A stretch of 61,240 nt of DNA, counting the filler. It is 9 parts of 9 records of this genome, joined end to end, with 100 filler letters (N's around TTAATTAATTAA, not from the genome) between each part and the next. Parts side by side here need not be neighbours in the genome. Positions count along the whole stretch, not along the records: positions 48,187 to 54,223 come from SRR31156797_96082; positions 54,324 to 61,240 come from SRR31156797_96206; 7 more parts are not named here. The stretch is one strand, 5' to 3'. How positions within the stretch are numbered: the stretch's first letter is position 1; every line of letters starts with the position of its first letter. The position numbers and the translations under genes are program-made. The notes beneath the pieces are model-generated. The model saw only the letters and a list, made by a program, of their open reading frames with translations. It searched no databases and was not told the DNA's origin. This document shows positions 51,101 to 61,240 of this stretch, in pieces.

Positions 51101-54100
51101 ACCACCAACTGCTGTAATCTCAGGTGTAAACGATGGGATAACGGTAATTCGGGCCGTATCGGAATAAACTTCCCCACATGTTGCATTACCAATCACAGCT
51201 CTGAACTGAGTAAATTGAGGGAGATTGGTATAGGTGTAGGTATCGGTTGTAACAGCATGCTGGGTCCATGTAAAACCGGCATCGATCGACGATTCCCAGC
51301 GTATTACGTTTCCGGTATAACTTTGCAGGGTTAAAGTTCCGTTGTTAATTTCAGTACACACTTTAAAAGCAGCAGGCGAAATCACACCACCATAGGGCAT
51401 TAGTTCAACAGTTATTTCGGCGGTATCTGAAACATTCAGGCATGCACCTGTTGTTGTTACAATAAAATTAAAGGTACCTGCTTCAGTTGGCGTTCCTGAA
51501 ATGGTATAAACACTGTCATTTGTTTGCGTAAGGCTAACTCCACCGGGTAATGTACCAAGCGAAACAATGGCGCTGGTTGCCGATCCTCCAATGGTATAAC
51601 TAAGCGGGCTTATTGCCGACCCTATACACAAGGTTTGATTTTCAGAACCACTTGACAAAACAATCGCAGCATCCTCTGTAACTTCTATCTCTCCTGATAA
51701 AGAAGGATTCACACAAGGAGAACCGGTGCTTGTAATGGTATATGAATACACACCGGCAACTGTAGGCGTTCCGCTAATCGTAAATAATCCATTGGCAAAA
51801 GATTGGCTAACACCAGGTGGTAAAGTACCCGAAGAAAGTACTGCACCAGTTGCATTGCCCCCAATGGAATAAGTAATTGTTGGTAAAGGGTTATTTATGC
51901 AAATACCTACCGTATCAGATCCTCCGGCAAGGCTGATTGTTCCTTCATCCTCAACAGTAATGTTTCCAATAGTTGAAGGATTATTACAAAGGCTTCCCGT
52001 AGTTGTAACAGTAAAATCGAATGTTCCTGTTTCAGTTGGGATGCCTGAAATGGTAAAAATGCCTCCACTATAAGCGGTATCTACCCCAGCTGGCAGAGTT
52101 CCGGTTAAAACAGCTCCGCTTGCCGATCCTCCAATGGTATAGGCTATATTGGTTATTGCCGAATCGACACAAACAGTTTGTACCGAATCGCCCGACAAGC
52201 TAATTGTTCCGTCACTGCTTATGGTAAGGGTTGCAGCTGTTGATATTGTTGAATCGCAGGTAAATCCTCCCTGCCCGGTTATTACAACATCATAATCTCC
52301 GGCATCGCCTGCTGTAATACCGGTAATGGAATAATCCGACGATGTGGCTCCGGAAATTTCAATTCCGTCCTTCCTCCACTGATAGTCCAGAGGAACGCCA
52401 TTTGCTGTGGCAATAACATTGAATATCACGTTCTCACCTTCACACTCAGATTGTGATACGGGATGTGTTGAAATGCTTATGGCGGCATCAACATTTAAGG
52501 TAACTGTATTTGAAGTTACCGCTGCACAAGGCGAAGCACCATTTATTTCAACATAATAACTTGCATCATCGCTAAGGCTTACCGAACTAAAGTGCAAGCT
52601 ATCTGAGGTTTCACCTGCTATTGGCGCACCATCTTTATACCACTGATAAGTTAATTGACTGCCACTGGCGACAACACCTAAACTTGCCGAATTTCCAACA
52701 CAAACACCTGTATTAACAGGTTGCGTTGTAATCACTACTGCTCTGTGTATGGTTAGTATTGCGGTATCATTTATTGCTCCGCATGGCCCCGCTGGATCAT
52801 CAGACGTAAGTATTAAAGTTACTTCTCCGGCAGCAATTTCAGCACTTGTTGGATCATAGCTGGCATTTAAGGAATTAGGGTCAGGGCTAAAGGTACCTGC
52901 ACCGCCAGACCACGTACCTGAACTTACTCCACCACTAATACTACCAACTAATGCAGCAACATCTCCTTCGCAAATGGTATCGTTTGAACCTGCATCTACT
53001 GTTACAAGCGGATTAATGGTTATTTCCACATCAGCAAAAACGGCATCGCATGGTCCTGCAGGATCGTCGGTAGTAAGCGTTAATGTTACCGTTCCGGCCG
53101 CAATATCGGCTGCACCAAGCGAATAGGTGGCAGCCAATAATGAGGCATCATCAAAGCTTCCATCTCCGCTGGTAGTCCAGGTTACAGAACTTGCACTTCC
53201 CCCAATCGAACCGTTTAAGGTAAGCGTACCATCAGCGCAAATTGTTTGTGGTGTTCCGGCATCTACTGTAGGTGCCTGATCAACAACGATGGTTCGTGTA
53301 ACACTTACTGCCGCACATGTGCCTGGTGCATCTGTGGTAAGTGTTAATGTTACAGTTCCACTAAAATCTGCATCTGGTGTATAGTTAACTGTTTCAGGAG
53401 TGGCCGTTTGGGCCGTAGAACTTAAGGTTCCTCCGCCGGTAGTTATGGACCAGGCTCCGCTTGATGCACCACCACCAATGCTTGCTCCGGTTAAAGTAAC
53501 CGGTAAAGGACTTCCTGATTGACACACCGTATCAGGTCCACCAGCATTCGCTATAGGTGCCTGTTCAATAACAATTATTCTGATATCACTAACTGCAGGG
53601 CACGTTCCCGATGCATCTGTAGTTAATGTTAAAGTATCTGCTCCAAAATCATTGGCCTGAGGAGTATAAGTGACCGTTCCGGGTGTTGCGGTTTGTGCGG
53701 AAGAACTTAATGATCCGTTACCTGATGTTATTGACCATGCAGCCGTACTTGCTCCACCACCAACAGTAGCTCCGGATAATACAATTGCTGAAGGACTTCC
53801 TGATTGACAAACGGTATCGGACTCACCTGCTTCCACCGTTGCTACCGGATTAATTGTTATTACCACATCATCACTAACTGCATCGCAAGGTCCTGCCGGA
53901 TCATCGCTTGTAAGTGTCAATGTTACTGTTCCCGATGCTATATCTGTTGCACCTGGTGTATAAGTAGCAGCCAATAAAGTGGCATTATCAAACGAACCGT
54001 CACCGCCACTCCAGGTTCCTGTTGTTACAGCTCCACTTACCGAACCGGCCAGCGTAACTGAACCATCCGCGCAAATGGTTTGTGGCAATCCCGCGTCCAC

Positions 54101-54223
54101 TGTTACAACAGGATTCACTACAATGGTTCGGGTATCACTGGTTGGAGTACAGTCTCCAAGGGCATTGCTTGTTAATGTTAAGGTAACTGTACCACTAAAA
54201 TCTGCAACAGGTGTATAAGTTAC
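48187..54223 (-). CDS. Giant multi-domain surface protein (Ig/PKD-like repeats, jelly-roll domain, HYR repeats), truncated at both ends; Bacteroidota-type
   Basis: Frame open across the contig; repeats VDAG..QTIC..TVTLTLT.DDPAGPC; Ig YQWYKDG/YQWRKDG; HYR PPTITCP..FPVGVTTVTY.ATD..G. Confidence 0.85.
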
Positions 54224-54323
54224 NNNNNNNNNNNNNNNNNNNNNNNNNNNNNNNNNNNNNNNNNNNNTTAATTAATTAANNNNNNNNNNNNNNNNNNNNN
54301 NNNNNNNNNNNNNNNNNNNNNNN
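54224..54323. other. Artificial contig spacer
   Basis: N44-TTAATTAATTAA-N44. Confidence 0.99.
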
Positions 54324-54456
54324 TTTTCATCATATTGTATCAAATTCAAGTGAGTAAGGCAGGCGAGCCAGCAAACACAAACCCATGGGATTCGCTCCGG
54401 ACATGAAACGTGCCGACACACGCTTTTGCGCGTCCCCTGAACAAAAAGAAGACGGT

Positions 54457-54804
54457 ATGATGGAAAACCACCAAAAAGCAAAACTTGAAGCGAACATCAA
54501 GACAAAAATAGACGAAATGAAAGCAACCGTCTCGTCCTATGAACAGCTTACAAAACCCGTTGCCCCGGATAATGCCATTGGCCGGCTCACCCGCATGGAA
54601 GCCATCAACAGCAAGAGCATGAATGAAGCCGCTTTGAAGAGGGCCAAATTTACATTGTCAAAACTGGAACGCGCATTGGCCAAGATTGATACTCCGGATT
54701 TCGGGCTGTGCAGGGAATGCGAAGAGCCCATTCCATTTGCAAGATTGATGATCCTGCCGGAAACCAGCCTGTGCGTCAGGTGTGCTGAGGAGCTGAGCGG
54801 CTAA
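54457..54804 (+). CDS. TraR/DksA C4-type zinc-finger protein
   Basis: Coiled coil, then FGLCRECEEPIPFARL..PETSLCVRC. Confidence 0.9.
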   Translation: MMENHQKAKLEANIKTKIDEMKATVSSYEQLTKPVAPDNAIGRLTRMEAINSKSMNEAALKRAKFTLSKLERALAKIDTPDFGLCRECEEPIPFARLMILPETSLCVRCAEELSG

Positions 54805-54846
54805 ACAAGAATCCGACCCAAAACAAATCAGACCGGAGCCCAAAGA

Positions 54847-55611
54847 ATGAACGACGTCCTGTGCAAGCGATTACCTGCCCTGTTTTTGCTCGGTTTACTC
54901 ACCCTTTGGGGATGTGCCCCCACGATACATACATCAGAATTAAATCGTTCCGCCCCAGCCGGCAAAAACATCCATTCCACCCAACGACCGGCAGTCCCCG
55001 GCCCCGCCATGATCTACGTCACCGACTTCCATCTCGATCCGGATCAGATCCTGCAAGACCGGCCTGTTCTTCGACGCAATGGCCTGATCGCCAACCGACT
55101 GAAACGCCTTCGCCGTGGAGACGACCCGGCCACCAAAGCCGCCAAGTTGATTCGGCTCCTGTCAGAAACCATCACAAGGGAACTCAACCAGGCAGGCCAG
55201 CCGGCCACGTATTGCCCGAACAGCTCCGGTATAAGGAATGAGGTTTTTCAGGCCGATACCCCCCTCCCCAAAGAGGGATGGGTCGTAGGAGGCTGGTTTC
55301 AGGCGGTAGACGAAGGGAACCGGCTGGCCGAGGCAACCATCGGTTTTGGCACCGGGGCAAAAACGGTCAGGATTCAGGTGGTCGTGTCAGATCTGGCAAA
55401 GAATGTAAGCGAGCCGTTTTTAGTCATTGGGACCGGCAATGGGGCCCAAATGATGCCCGGAGGACTGGTAACCAAAAATCCTTATGCCATTGCCGCCAAA
55501 TACGTAATGTCCAGGGGCGCGACAGAAAAAGAGGTTAAGAAACAAGCCGCCTCCATCGCCAAAAGCCTGATGGCGTATATCAGCTCGGGCCCCGGTGATT
55601 CTCAATCCTGA
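54847..55611 (+). CDS. Lipoprotein, DUF4410-like
   Basis: Lipobox LWGC; IYVTDF; VDEGNRL..IGFGTG. Confidence 0.65.
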   Translation: MNDVLCKRLPALFLLGLLTLWGCAPTIHTSELNRSAPAGKNIHSTQRPAVPGPAMIYVTDFHLDPDQILQDRPVLRRNGLIANRLKRLRRGDDPATKAAKLIRLLSETITRELNQAGQPATYCPNSSGIRNEVFQADTPLPKEGWVVGGWFQAVDEGNRLAEATIGFGTGAKTVRIQVVVSDLAKNVSEPFLVIGTGNGAQMMPGGLVTKNPYAIAAKYVMSRGATEKEVKKQAASIAKSLMAYISSGPGDSQS

Positions 55612-55807
55612 AGTTCTGATCACCGAGGCCCTTCCGGTTTGATCTGAATAGCACCTATCTCTTGACAATATCCCCCACCCTGTAAGAGAATATCAAACAA
55701 CACTGAGCCGATACTTTTACCTTCCGAACAACACAAAAATGGGTGGAACAAACAGATCTGCATCATTCATTGTTGGTTCAGGCATATAACTGATATTGGA
55801 GGGAAAA

Positions 55808-56002
55808 ATGAAATTGAACTTACAGTATCCCCCTTTGCCTGAATATGCGGCAAAGCACGCTGCCATAGTTGCAAATGCCGCAATGAATGTAAGTAATATA
55901 TCATTAGATTACTCCCCGGACAGTTTAAAAAAGGTTGATAGAATCGTTGACGGTTTTCGTCAGGAAGGTCTATCGGTAGATCAGATCGCTGACAGGGAAT
56001 AA
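55808..56002 (+). pseudogene. Probable N-terminal fragment of a DUF3806/DUF6278-like helical protein
   Basis: GGAGG RBS; LDYSPDSLKKVDRIV motif, then an early stop after ~64 aa. Confidence 0.4.
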
Positions 56003-56059
56003 ATTATCTAACGTTTTAATCCTTACCCTAAAAGTAAGCCATAAAGAAGAGGTAAAAAA

Positions 56060-56810
56060 ATGAAAACGTTGATAAGAGAGATAACAATTTCCGTTTTTGT
56101 CTGTATATTGCTGGCGACATTAATTTTACCTGTAAAGTCAGATGCCGAACAAAAAACAGTGATACTGGCAACAAGCGAATTTCCCCCTCTTATCGGGAAA
56201 CAGTATCTCAACGGGGGATTTTATACGGATATCTTGCGGGAAGCATTCCGGCGGTCGGGCTATTCAACCGTAATCAAATTCATGCCCTGGAAAAGAGCCT
56301 TGAAATCAGCCGAGATGGGGAAGTATGACGGTATTCAGGGCGGATTCTTTTCTGAAGAACGTTCCCGCATTTTCAACTTATCGGAGCAGGTATTCCTTCT
56401 GGAGCGCGTTTTGACAAAACTTAAGAACCGGGACATCGACTATACCTCAGTGAATGACCTCACGCCCTATACAGTCGGAATGATACGAGGCGGAACGTTT
56501 TCAAAAATATTCGACGACGTAAGGCTGAGAAAAGAAGAGGGGAACAATCACGAACAGAACATTGCCAAACTGCTCCACGGCCGCATTGATCTGATTCTTG
56601 CCCCAAAGTACGTTATTAAATCTATAATCCGCAACAAATTTCCCGATCACATAGATGATATCGAAACGCTTTACCCTCCCGTTTCGACCAAGTGGTTATA
56701 TCTGATGATCTCAAGGAAGCTCCCCCATCATGAAACAATTATTTCCGATTTCAATAAAGGATGACGGAACTTATGAAAAGATTCTTCAGAGGCACGGACT
56801 TTTTGAATAA
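56060..56810 (+). CDS. Periplasmic substrate-binding protein (family 3), C-terminal tail frameshifted
   Basis: Signal peptide, EFPP, FMPWKRAL, KLLHGRIDL; stop at 56764 while the expected tail DDGTYEKILQRHG continues in another frame to 56810. Confidence 0.8.
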
Positions 56811-56897
56811 TGTTAATGATCCGTGTTATTAAGAATAAAAAGCCATCAATACAGAAACCGGAACGACGAGTAAAATTATGCAAACCGAAAGGGCGTT

Positions 56898-57752
56898 ATG
56901 CGTAAAAACCAGCCGAGTACAACGGCATACAAAGTGGCACTCAATTTACTGACATTGGGTTCTGAACCCGGTATGGACAAAATACTTCCCTGTGGCATCG
57001 TTGAAGCCACAGAGAAATTGCTCCTTGCTTCGGGGGCAATACCCGATAGCTGGGTGCGCTGGGCTCGTACCAGATCCATGACCTGGCTTTATCGTTCCTT
57101 TGACTGGATGTTGCCGGGCATGTACCTCGGTATAGCGTATCGGAAGGCATTTTTTGAACAACAGGTCAGGGCCGCGATCGGGTCCGACGCAACCCAGGTA
57201 TTGATTCTGGGGGCAGGTTACGACACCTTGGGATGGCGACTGGCCCCGGAATTTTCAAATGTTCAGTTCCATGAAATCGATCATCCGGCGACGGCCCGCC
57301 TCAAAGCCAGGGGAATTGAAGCCATGGGCCAGCGAAAAAATCTTCACCTTATCCAGGCCGATCTTGGAGAACGCAAACTGCTAGACATTTTAACTGCCAT
57401 GGATTCATGGAACCCGGCCGGAAAAACGGCGATCCTGGCAGAAGGTTTACTGATGTACCTGCCGGAGGATACCGTTAAAGATCTGTTTGTTCAGTGCAAT
57501 ACGATGACCGGCACCGGCAGCCGAATGGCCTTTGACTATCTCTGTGCCGGAGCCGATGGGCGGCCGGATGCAGGTCCATGGACAACATCGTTTCAATGGC
57601 TGATCAAAATAACCGGGGAACCCTGGCGATGGAGTATCCATCCGAAAAATCTCAACAGATTCCTGAACAGCACGGGATGGACAAACATGCCGGGACTTGT
57701 GAAATTTCCGGATAAGTGCGGTGTTGAATTTCTTGCTGTTGCGGCCAAATAA
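56898..57752 (+). CDS. SAM-dependent methyltransferase (LCM-like family)
   Basis: QVLILGAGYDT, HEIDHPAT, IQADL, LAEGLLMYL, GEPWRW. Confidence 0.9.
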   Translation: MRKNQPSTTAYKVALNLLTLGSEPGMDKILPCGIVEATEKLLLASGAIPDSWVRWARTRSMTWLYRSFDWMLPGMYLGIAYRKAFFEQQVRAAIGSDATQVLILGAGYDTLGWRLAPEFSNVQFHEIDHPATARLKARGIEAMGQRKNLHLIQADLGERKLLDILTAMDSWNPAGKTAILAEGLLMYLPEDTVKDLFVQCNTMTGTGSRMAFDYLCAGADGRPDAGPWTTSFQWLIKITGEPWRWSIHPKNLNRFLNSTGWTNMPGLVKFPDKCGVEFLAVAAK

Positions 57753-57794
57753 GCACACGTTCCATGGCACTTGAGCCATGAAGGAGGCTGTAAT

Positions 57795-58541
57795 ATGATC
57801 GAAATAATCAAAGCGAAAAAGCGTCACTTTCAGGATTTTGGATGGTTGCAAACCCATTGGCTGTTTTCATTCTCGAGCTACTTCGACCCCCACAATATTC
57901 AATTCGGCGCTTTGCGGGTTTTTAATGATGATGTTGTCCAGCCCGGTACGGGGTTCCCGACCCATCCCCATGAGGAAATGGAGATCATCACCATCGTACT
58001 CAAGGGAGAAATGACCCATGAGGACAGCATGGAAAACAAAACGGTAATACAGGCGGATGACGTTCAAAGGATGAGTGCCGGTACAGGCTTGACACACTCG
58101 GAATTCAATCTTGGGGAAAGCCCGGTCCACTTCTATCAGATATGGCTGTTCCCTGATAAGCCGTCGCTCAAACCAACATATGATCAAAGGACCTATTCGC
58201 CATCCCAGTGGAAAAACCGGCTTTTTCCGGTAGCGTCAGGTCAAGGCATACCCGACACCGTCACCTTCCACACGAATGCCACCATTTATCGCTGTGATCT
58301 TGACAAAGAGCACTCAATTGTCTTTGATACCACAACAGGACGCAGGATATTCGTGTACCTTACGACGGGTGAAATGCTGGTTGGGGGACAAAAAATGCAT
58401 CAAAACGATCAGGCAAGGATTGATACGGACACCCCCTTGACCTTTAAGGCATCCCAAGACACAGCGTTTCTGCTCATTGACGTACCCTCCTGCAAGGGAT
58501 GGGGCTATAGCCGGGAGACACTTGATGGCGGGAAAAGATAG
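57795..58541 (+). CDS. Pirin family protein
   Basis: AAGGAGG RBS; FSFSSYFDP, FGALRVFNDD, GFPTHPHEEMEI, HEDSM, MSAGTGLTHSE, YQIW. Confidence 0.95.
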   Translation: MIEIIKAKKRHFQDFGWLQTHWLFSFSSYFDPHNIQFGALRVFNDDVVQPGTGFPTHPHEEMEIITIVLKGEMTHEDSMENKTVIQADDVQRMSAGTGLTHSEFNLGESPVHFYQIWLFPDKPSLKPTYDQRTYSPSQWKNRLFPVASGQGIPDTVTFHTNATIYRCDLDKEHSIVFDTTTGRRIFVYLTTGEMLVGGQKMHQNDQARIDTDTPLTFKASQDTAFLLIDVPSCKGWGYSRETLDGGKR

Positions 58542-59187
58542 CATAGAGAAAATGTACAATACGGTCGCAATGGAATATTCGGAAACATTTTCCGATGAGC
58601 ACGAAAAAAAACCAAAAGATCAGGAGATGCTCCGCAGATTTGCGATAAAAATCGCGAATAAAGCGCCGGTCTGGGATTTTGGCTGCGGCCCCGGCCAGAC
58701 GGCAAAATACCTGCAAGACCTTGGCATTGAAATCTCCGGAATGGATCTGTCCGAACAGATGATCAAACAGGCAAAAGCGGCCCATCCTGAAATACACTTC
58801 AGAATAGGAGATATGCTTGAGCTCCAGTTTGACAACGACTCTGTTGGCGGCATTGTCGCGTTCTATGGGATTGTCCACTTTACAAAGGAGCAAGTGGCAA
58901 CAGCCTTCCGTGAAGCATTTCGGGTGTTACAGCCCGATGGATTATTCCTTTTCACATACCATATTGGCGAGGAAACCATCTCCCTGAAAGAATTCCTCGG
59001 GAAGAAAATCGATATCGATTTCATGTTCTTTAATACGAATTTCATTCATGGTTGTCTAAAAAAAATTGGCTTTAAAGAAATAGAAATCATCGAAAGAGAG
59101 CCATACCCTGGTGTGGAGTACGAAAGCCGAAGGGCTTATGTATTTGCAAAAAAAGAGGGTTGCAATAACATAGTAAGAAGTTATTAA
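58525..59187 (+). CDS. Class I SAM-dependent methyltransferase
   Basis: VWDFGCGPG, GMDLSEQM, GDM, FYGIVH, RVLQPDG. Confidence 0.92.
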   Translation: MAGKDSIEKMYNTVAMEYSETFSDEHEKKPKDQEMLRRFAIKIANKAPVWDFGCGPGQTAKYLQDLGIEISGMDLSEQMIKQAKAAHPEIHFRIGDMLELQFDNDSVGGIVAFYGIVHFTKEQVATAFREAFRVLQPDGLFLFTYHIGEETISLKEFLGKKIDIDFMFFNTNFIHGCLKKIGFKEIEIIEREPYPGVEYESRRAYVFAKKEGCNNIVRSY

Positions 59188-59201
59188 AAGAGGATTTATT
59201 C

Positions 59202-61163
59202 GTGAGCACAATCCATTCCGGTCAACTGTCCGCCCAGGAACCGGAGCGCATTGTCAAAACACTGGGCAAAGCCCCCCACCGTGTCCTGTTGTTTGGCGAA
59301 ATGGGCATTGGCAAGTCAACCCTTACCACGGCGCTTGCCAGGGTCATGGAAAAGACGGGACAATCCTGCGTTTGCCTGGGTGCGGACCCCGGCTCCCCCG
59401 CCTTTGGAGTACCGGGTGCTGTTTGCCTCGGCAGGTGGCAGGAAAACAGATGGCAGCTTGTTGAAATGGAAGCGCTCTGCAGCCTGAATGCAGGCAGGTT
59501 CCGTCTTCCACTGGTATGGGCGGTGAAGCGCCTTGTCAGGGAATCAGACAAGGAAATACTGGTGGTGGATGCGCCAGGGGTCGTCAGGGGCGTCGCAGGG
59601 GCGGAACTGCTGCTGGGGCTGGTTGAAGCCGCTTCCATCCGAACCATCCTTGTGCTGTGCAAGGAAGGAAAAGACGTTCCCTATGCCGGTGAACTCATGT
59701 CCACCCAGGCCGAGATCCACCGGGTACTGCCCTCTCCCCTGGCCCGCCATCCGGGAAAGGGCAAACGAACGCGTCAGCGGACACGCCTGTGGAATGCCTA
59801 TCTCCAGGATTCAAAAGAGATGAACGTTGACCTTTCCCGGGTCAGTTTACTAGGAACCCCTCCTCCCCTGGCAGCGGTAAAGGAGTGGCAGGGCAGGCAA
59901 GTGGCCCTCCTGGACGGAGGCACAACACTTGCCATGGGCGAGGTGGTCAAGATCGAGAACACCACCCTTTGCATCCGAACCCCGGGCAAGGAGCAACCGT
60001 TCAACCAGGTGGTGGTCAGGGATGCATGCCGCAGTAAAGACGGAGCGCTGAAAACGGCTAAGCATGCGGCATCATATGCCGGCAGCCATTCCGTCACCTT
60101 CCGGCGGAAAGGGTCCGGAACCGGGACAGGCCCCTGGGCCGAGGTCAGGATGGGGGAGCTCACCGCCACCCTGATGAACGGCGTGCTTGGCGATCCGCTG
60201 CTTCACCTGCGGTTGATGAACCGGAAACAAAGCATGTTGTTCGATATTGGAGACGGAGAAAGACTGCCGGCGCGCCTGGCCCATCAACTGACCGATGTGT
60301 TTATCACCCATGCCCATATGGACCATATCGGCGGATTCCTCTGGCTTATCCGGTCCCGGATCGGGGATTTGCCTCCCTGTAACATCTATGGACCACCCGG
60401 ACTGGCCGATCATATCGAGGGAATGATCGCCGGGGTGCATTGGGATCGAATCGGAGAATACGGGCCCCGGTTCCGTGTGGCGGAACACCATGGGGATTAC
60501 TTACAGATAACGGGTCTGCACGCGGGGCAAAAGGGAAGAAAAATGCTGGGCCGGGAGCAAGTAATTGACAATACCCTGCTTAAAACCCCGACATTCACCA
60601 TCCAGGCGATTATTCTCGACCACGGCACGCCGGTCCTGGCATACAGTTTTGAGAGGATGCCCCAGCTCAACATTATAAAGAAACGTCTCATGGATAGGGG
60701 AATCCCCCCGGGCCCATGGATTGGAGAACTCAAGCGCATCATTGCGGCAGGCCACCGGGATGCCCGGCTCCCCCTGCCCGATAACAGCCTGGCGTCCGCC
60801 GGTCCCCTGGCTGACGATCTGCTCCGTGTCAGTCCGGTTTATAAGCTGGTGTATGCGACAGACCTTGCCGACACCCCCGCCAACCGCACCCGGCTGATCC
60901 GGTTTGCCAGGAACGCCCATACCCTGTTCTGCGAAGCCGCCTTTACCCGGGAGCATGGGGAAAAGGCCGCAAGTTCCGGCCATCTGACGGCGCGGGCCTG
61001 CGGTGAAATCGCAACCGCAGCCAATGTCAACCAGGTGATACCGTTTCACTTTTCAAAACGATACGAATCCAGACCCTGGCTGATCTACGAGGAAGTAAAA
61101 TCTGCGTGTGCCAGGGTGGCGGTTCCCTCCCAAAACCTTACGGATGAGGGGCAGGTTCTCTGA
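59202..61163 (+). CDS. Fusion of a Clp1-like P-loop polynucleotide kinase (N-term) and an RNase Z-like metallo-beta-lactamase (C-term)
   Basis: Walker A GEMGIGKST, ADPGS..GVPG, VVDAPG, lid-like RTRQRTRLW; then NGVLGDP, FDIGD, THAHMDH, DHGTP, YATD, CEAAF, HLTA, PFHFSKRY. Confidence 0.85.
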   Translation: MSTIHSGQLSAQEPERIVKTLGKAPHRVLLFGEMGIGKSTLTTALARVMEKTGQSCVCLGADPGSPAFGVPGAVCLGRWQENRWQLVEMEALCSLNAGRFRLPLVWAVKRLVRESDKEILVVDAPGVVRGVAGAELLLGLVEAASIRTILVLCKEGKDVPYAGELMSTQAEIHRVLPSPLARHPGKGKRTRQRTRLWNAYLQDSKEMNVDLSRVSLLGTPPPLAAVKEWQGRQVALLDGGTTLAMGEVVKIENTTLCIRTPGKEQPFNQVVVRDACRSKDGALKTAKHAASYAGSHSVTFRRKGSGTGTGPWAEVRMGELTATLMNGVLGDPLLHLRLMNRKQSMLFDIGDGERLPARLAHQLTDVFITHAHMDHIGGFLWLIRSRIGDLPPCNIYGPPGLADHIEGMIAGVHWDRIGEYGPRFRVAEHHGDYLQITGLHAGQKGRKMLGREQVIDNTLLKTPTFTIQAIILDHGTPVLAYSFERMPQLNIIKKRLMDRGIPPGPWIGELKRIIAAGHRDARLPLPDNSLASAGPLADDLLRVSPVYKLVYATDLADTPANRTRLIRFARNAHTLFCEAAFTREHGEKAASSGHLTARACGEIATAANVNQVIPFHFSKRYESRPWLIYEEVKSACARVAVPSQNLTDEGQVL

Positions 61164-61240
61164 CCAAAGGCTCCTCCGTCCCCGGTTGTGAGTTGATCCG
61201 GCGTGGGATCGTGTTTAATACCTAAAGTTCGTCTAAAAAG

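Noticed and set aside
11945-54323. Eight regularly recurring TTAATTAATTAA motifs flanked by N runs
   Set aside because: Identical 100-nt artificial spacers with six-frame stops; not biological repeats. ORFs ending in X..LIN and any cross-spacer gene linkage are artefacts.
1-61240. CRISPR arrays, rRNA, transposases, integrases or phage structural genes
   Set aside because: None recognised; the repeats seen are protein-coding repeats or single inverted/direct pairs.

Overview
The window is not one locus. It is nine unrelated assembly fragments joined by eight artificial 100-nt spacers (44 N + TTAATTAATTAA + 44 N), so no synteny should be read across them. Fragment 1 (1-11944, GC-rich, alphaproteobacterial-like): gatB, a membrane GT-C-like protein, GST, YbaK, tRNA-Ser(GCT), an RraA-type aldolase with a truncated ligJ, PCuAC and glgB-glgX-malQ. 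Fragment 2 (12045-17981, Desulfobacterales-like): HD-GYP protein, TonB receptor with upstream operator-like repeats, 4-hydroxybutyryl-CoA dehydratase, PHA-region protein, radical SAM. Fragment 3 (18082-23135): 2-oxoacid:acceptor oxidoreductase alpha/beta, Dnr/NnrR-type regulator, nnrS, an FNR-type box and an FGE/NirV-like gene. Fragment 4 (23236-28289): two paralogous histidine kinases, an orphan DUF4157 (eCIS-core) protein and an ArsC-like UxxC selenoprotein whose N-terminus the ORF track misses. Fragment 5 (28390-34281): part of a giant spirochaete-type surface protein. Fragment 6 (34382-39520): a c-di-GMP-I riboswitch with overlapping terminator upstream of a secreted repeat/endostatin-like protein, plus a chemoreceptor pseudogene. 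Fragment 7 (39621-48086): a TpsA-TpsB-CHAT protease-DUF4384-like cassette and the 3' end of ccsA. Fragment 8 (48187-54223): part of a giant Bacteroidota-type HYR/Ig adhesin. Fragment 9 (54324-61240): DksA/TraR-like protein, lipoprotein, SBP, methyltransferases, pirin and a Clp1-like polynucleotide kinase fused to an RNase Z-like MBL nuclease. The best leads are the Clp1-RNase Z fusion, the selenoprotein, the riboswitch-controlled secreted protein and the TPS-CHAT cassette. All family and taxonomic calls come from motif recognition by eye, not database searches.
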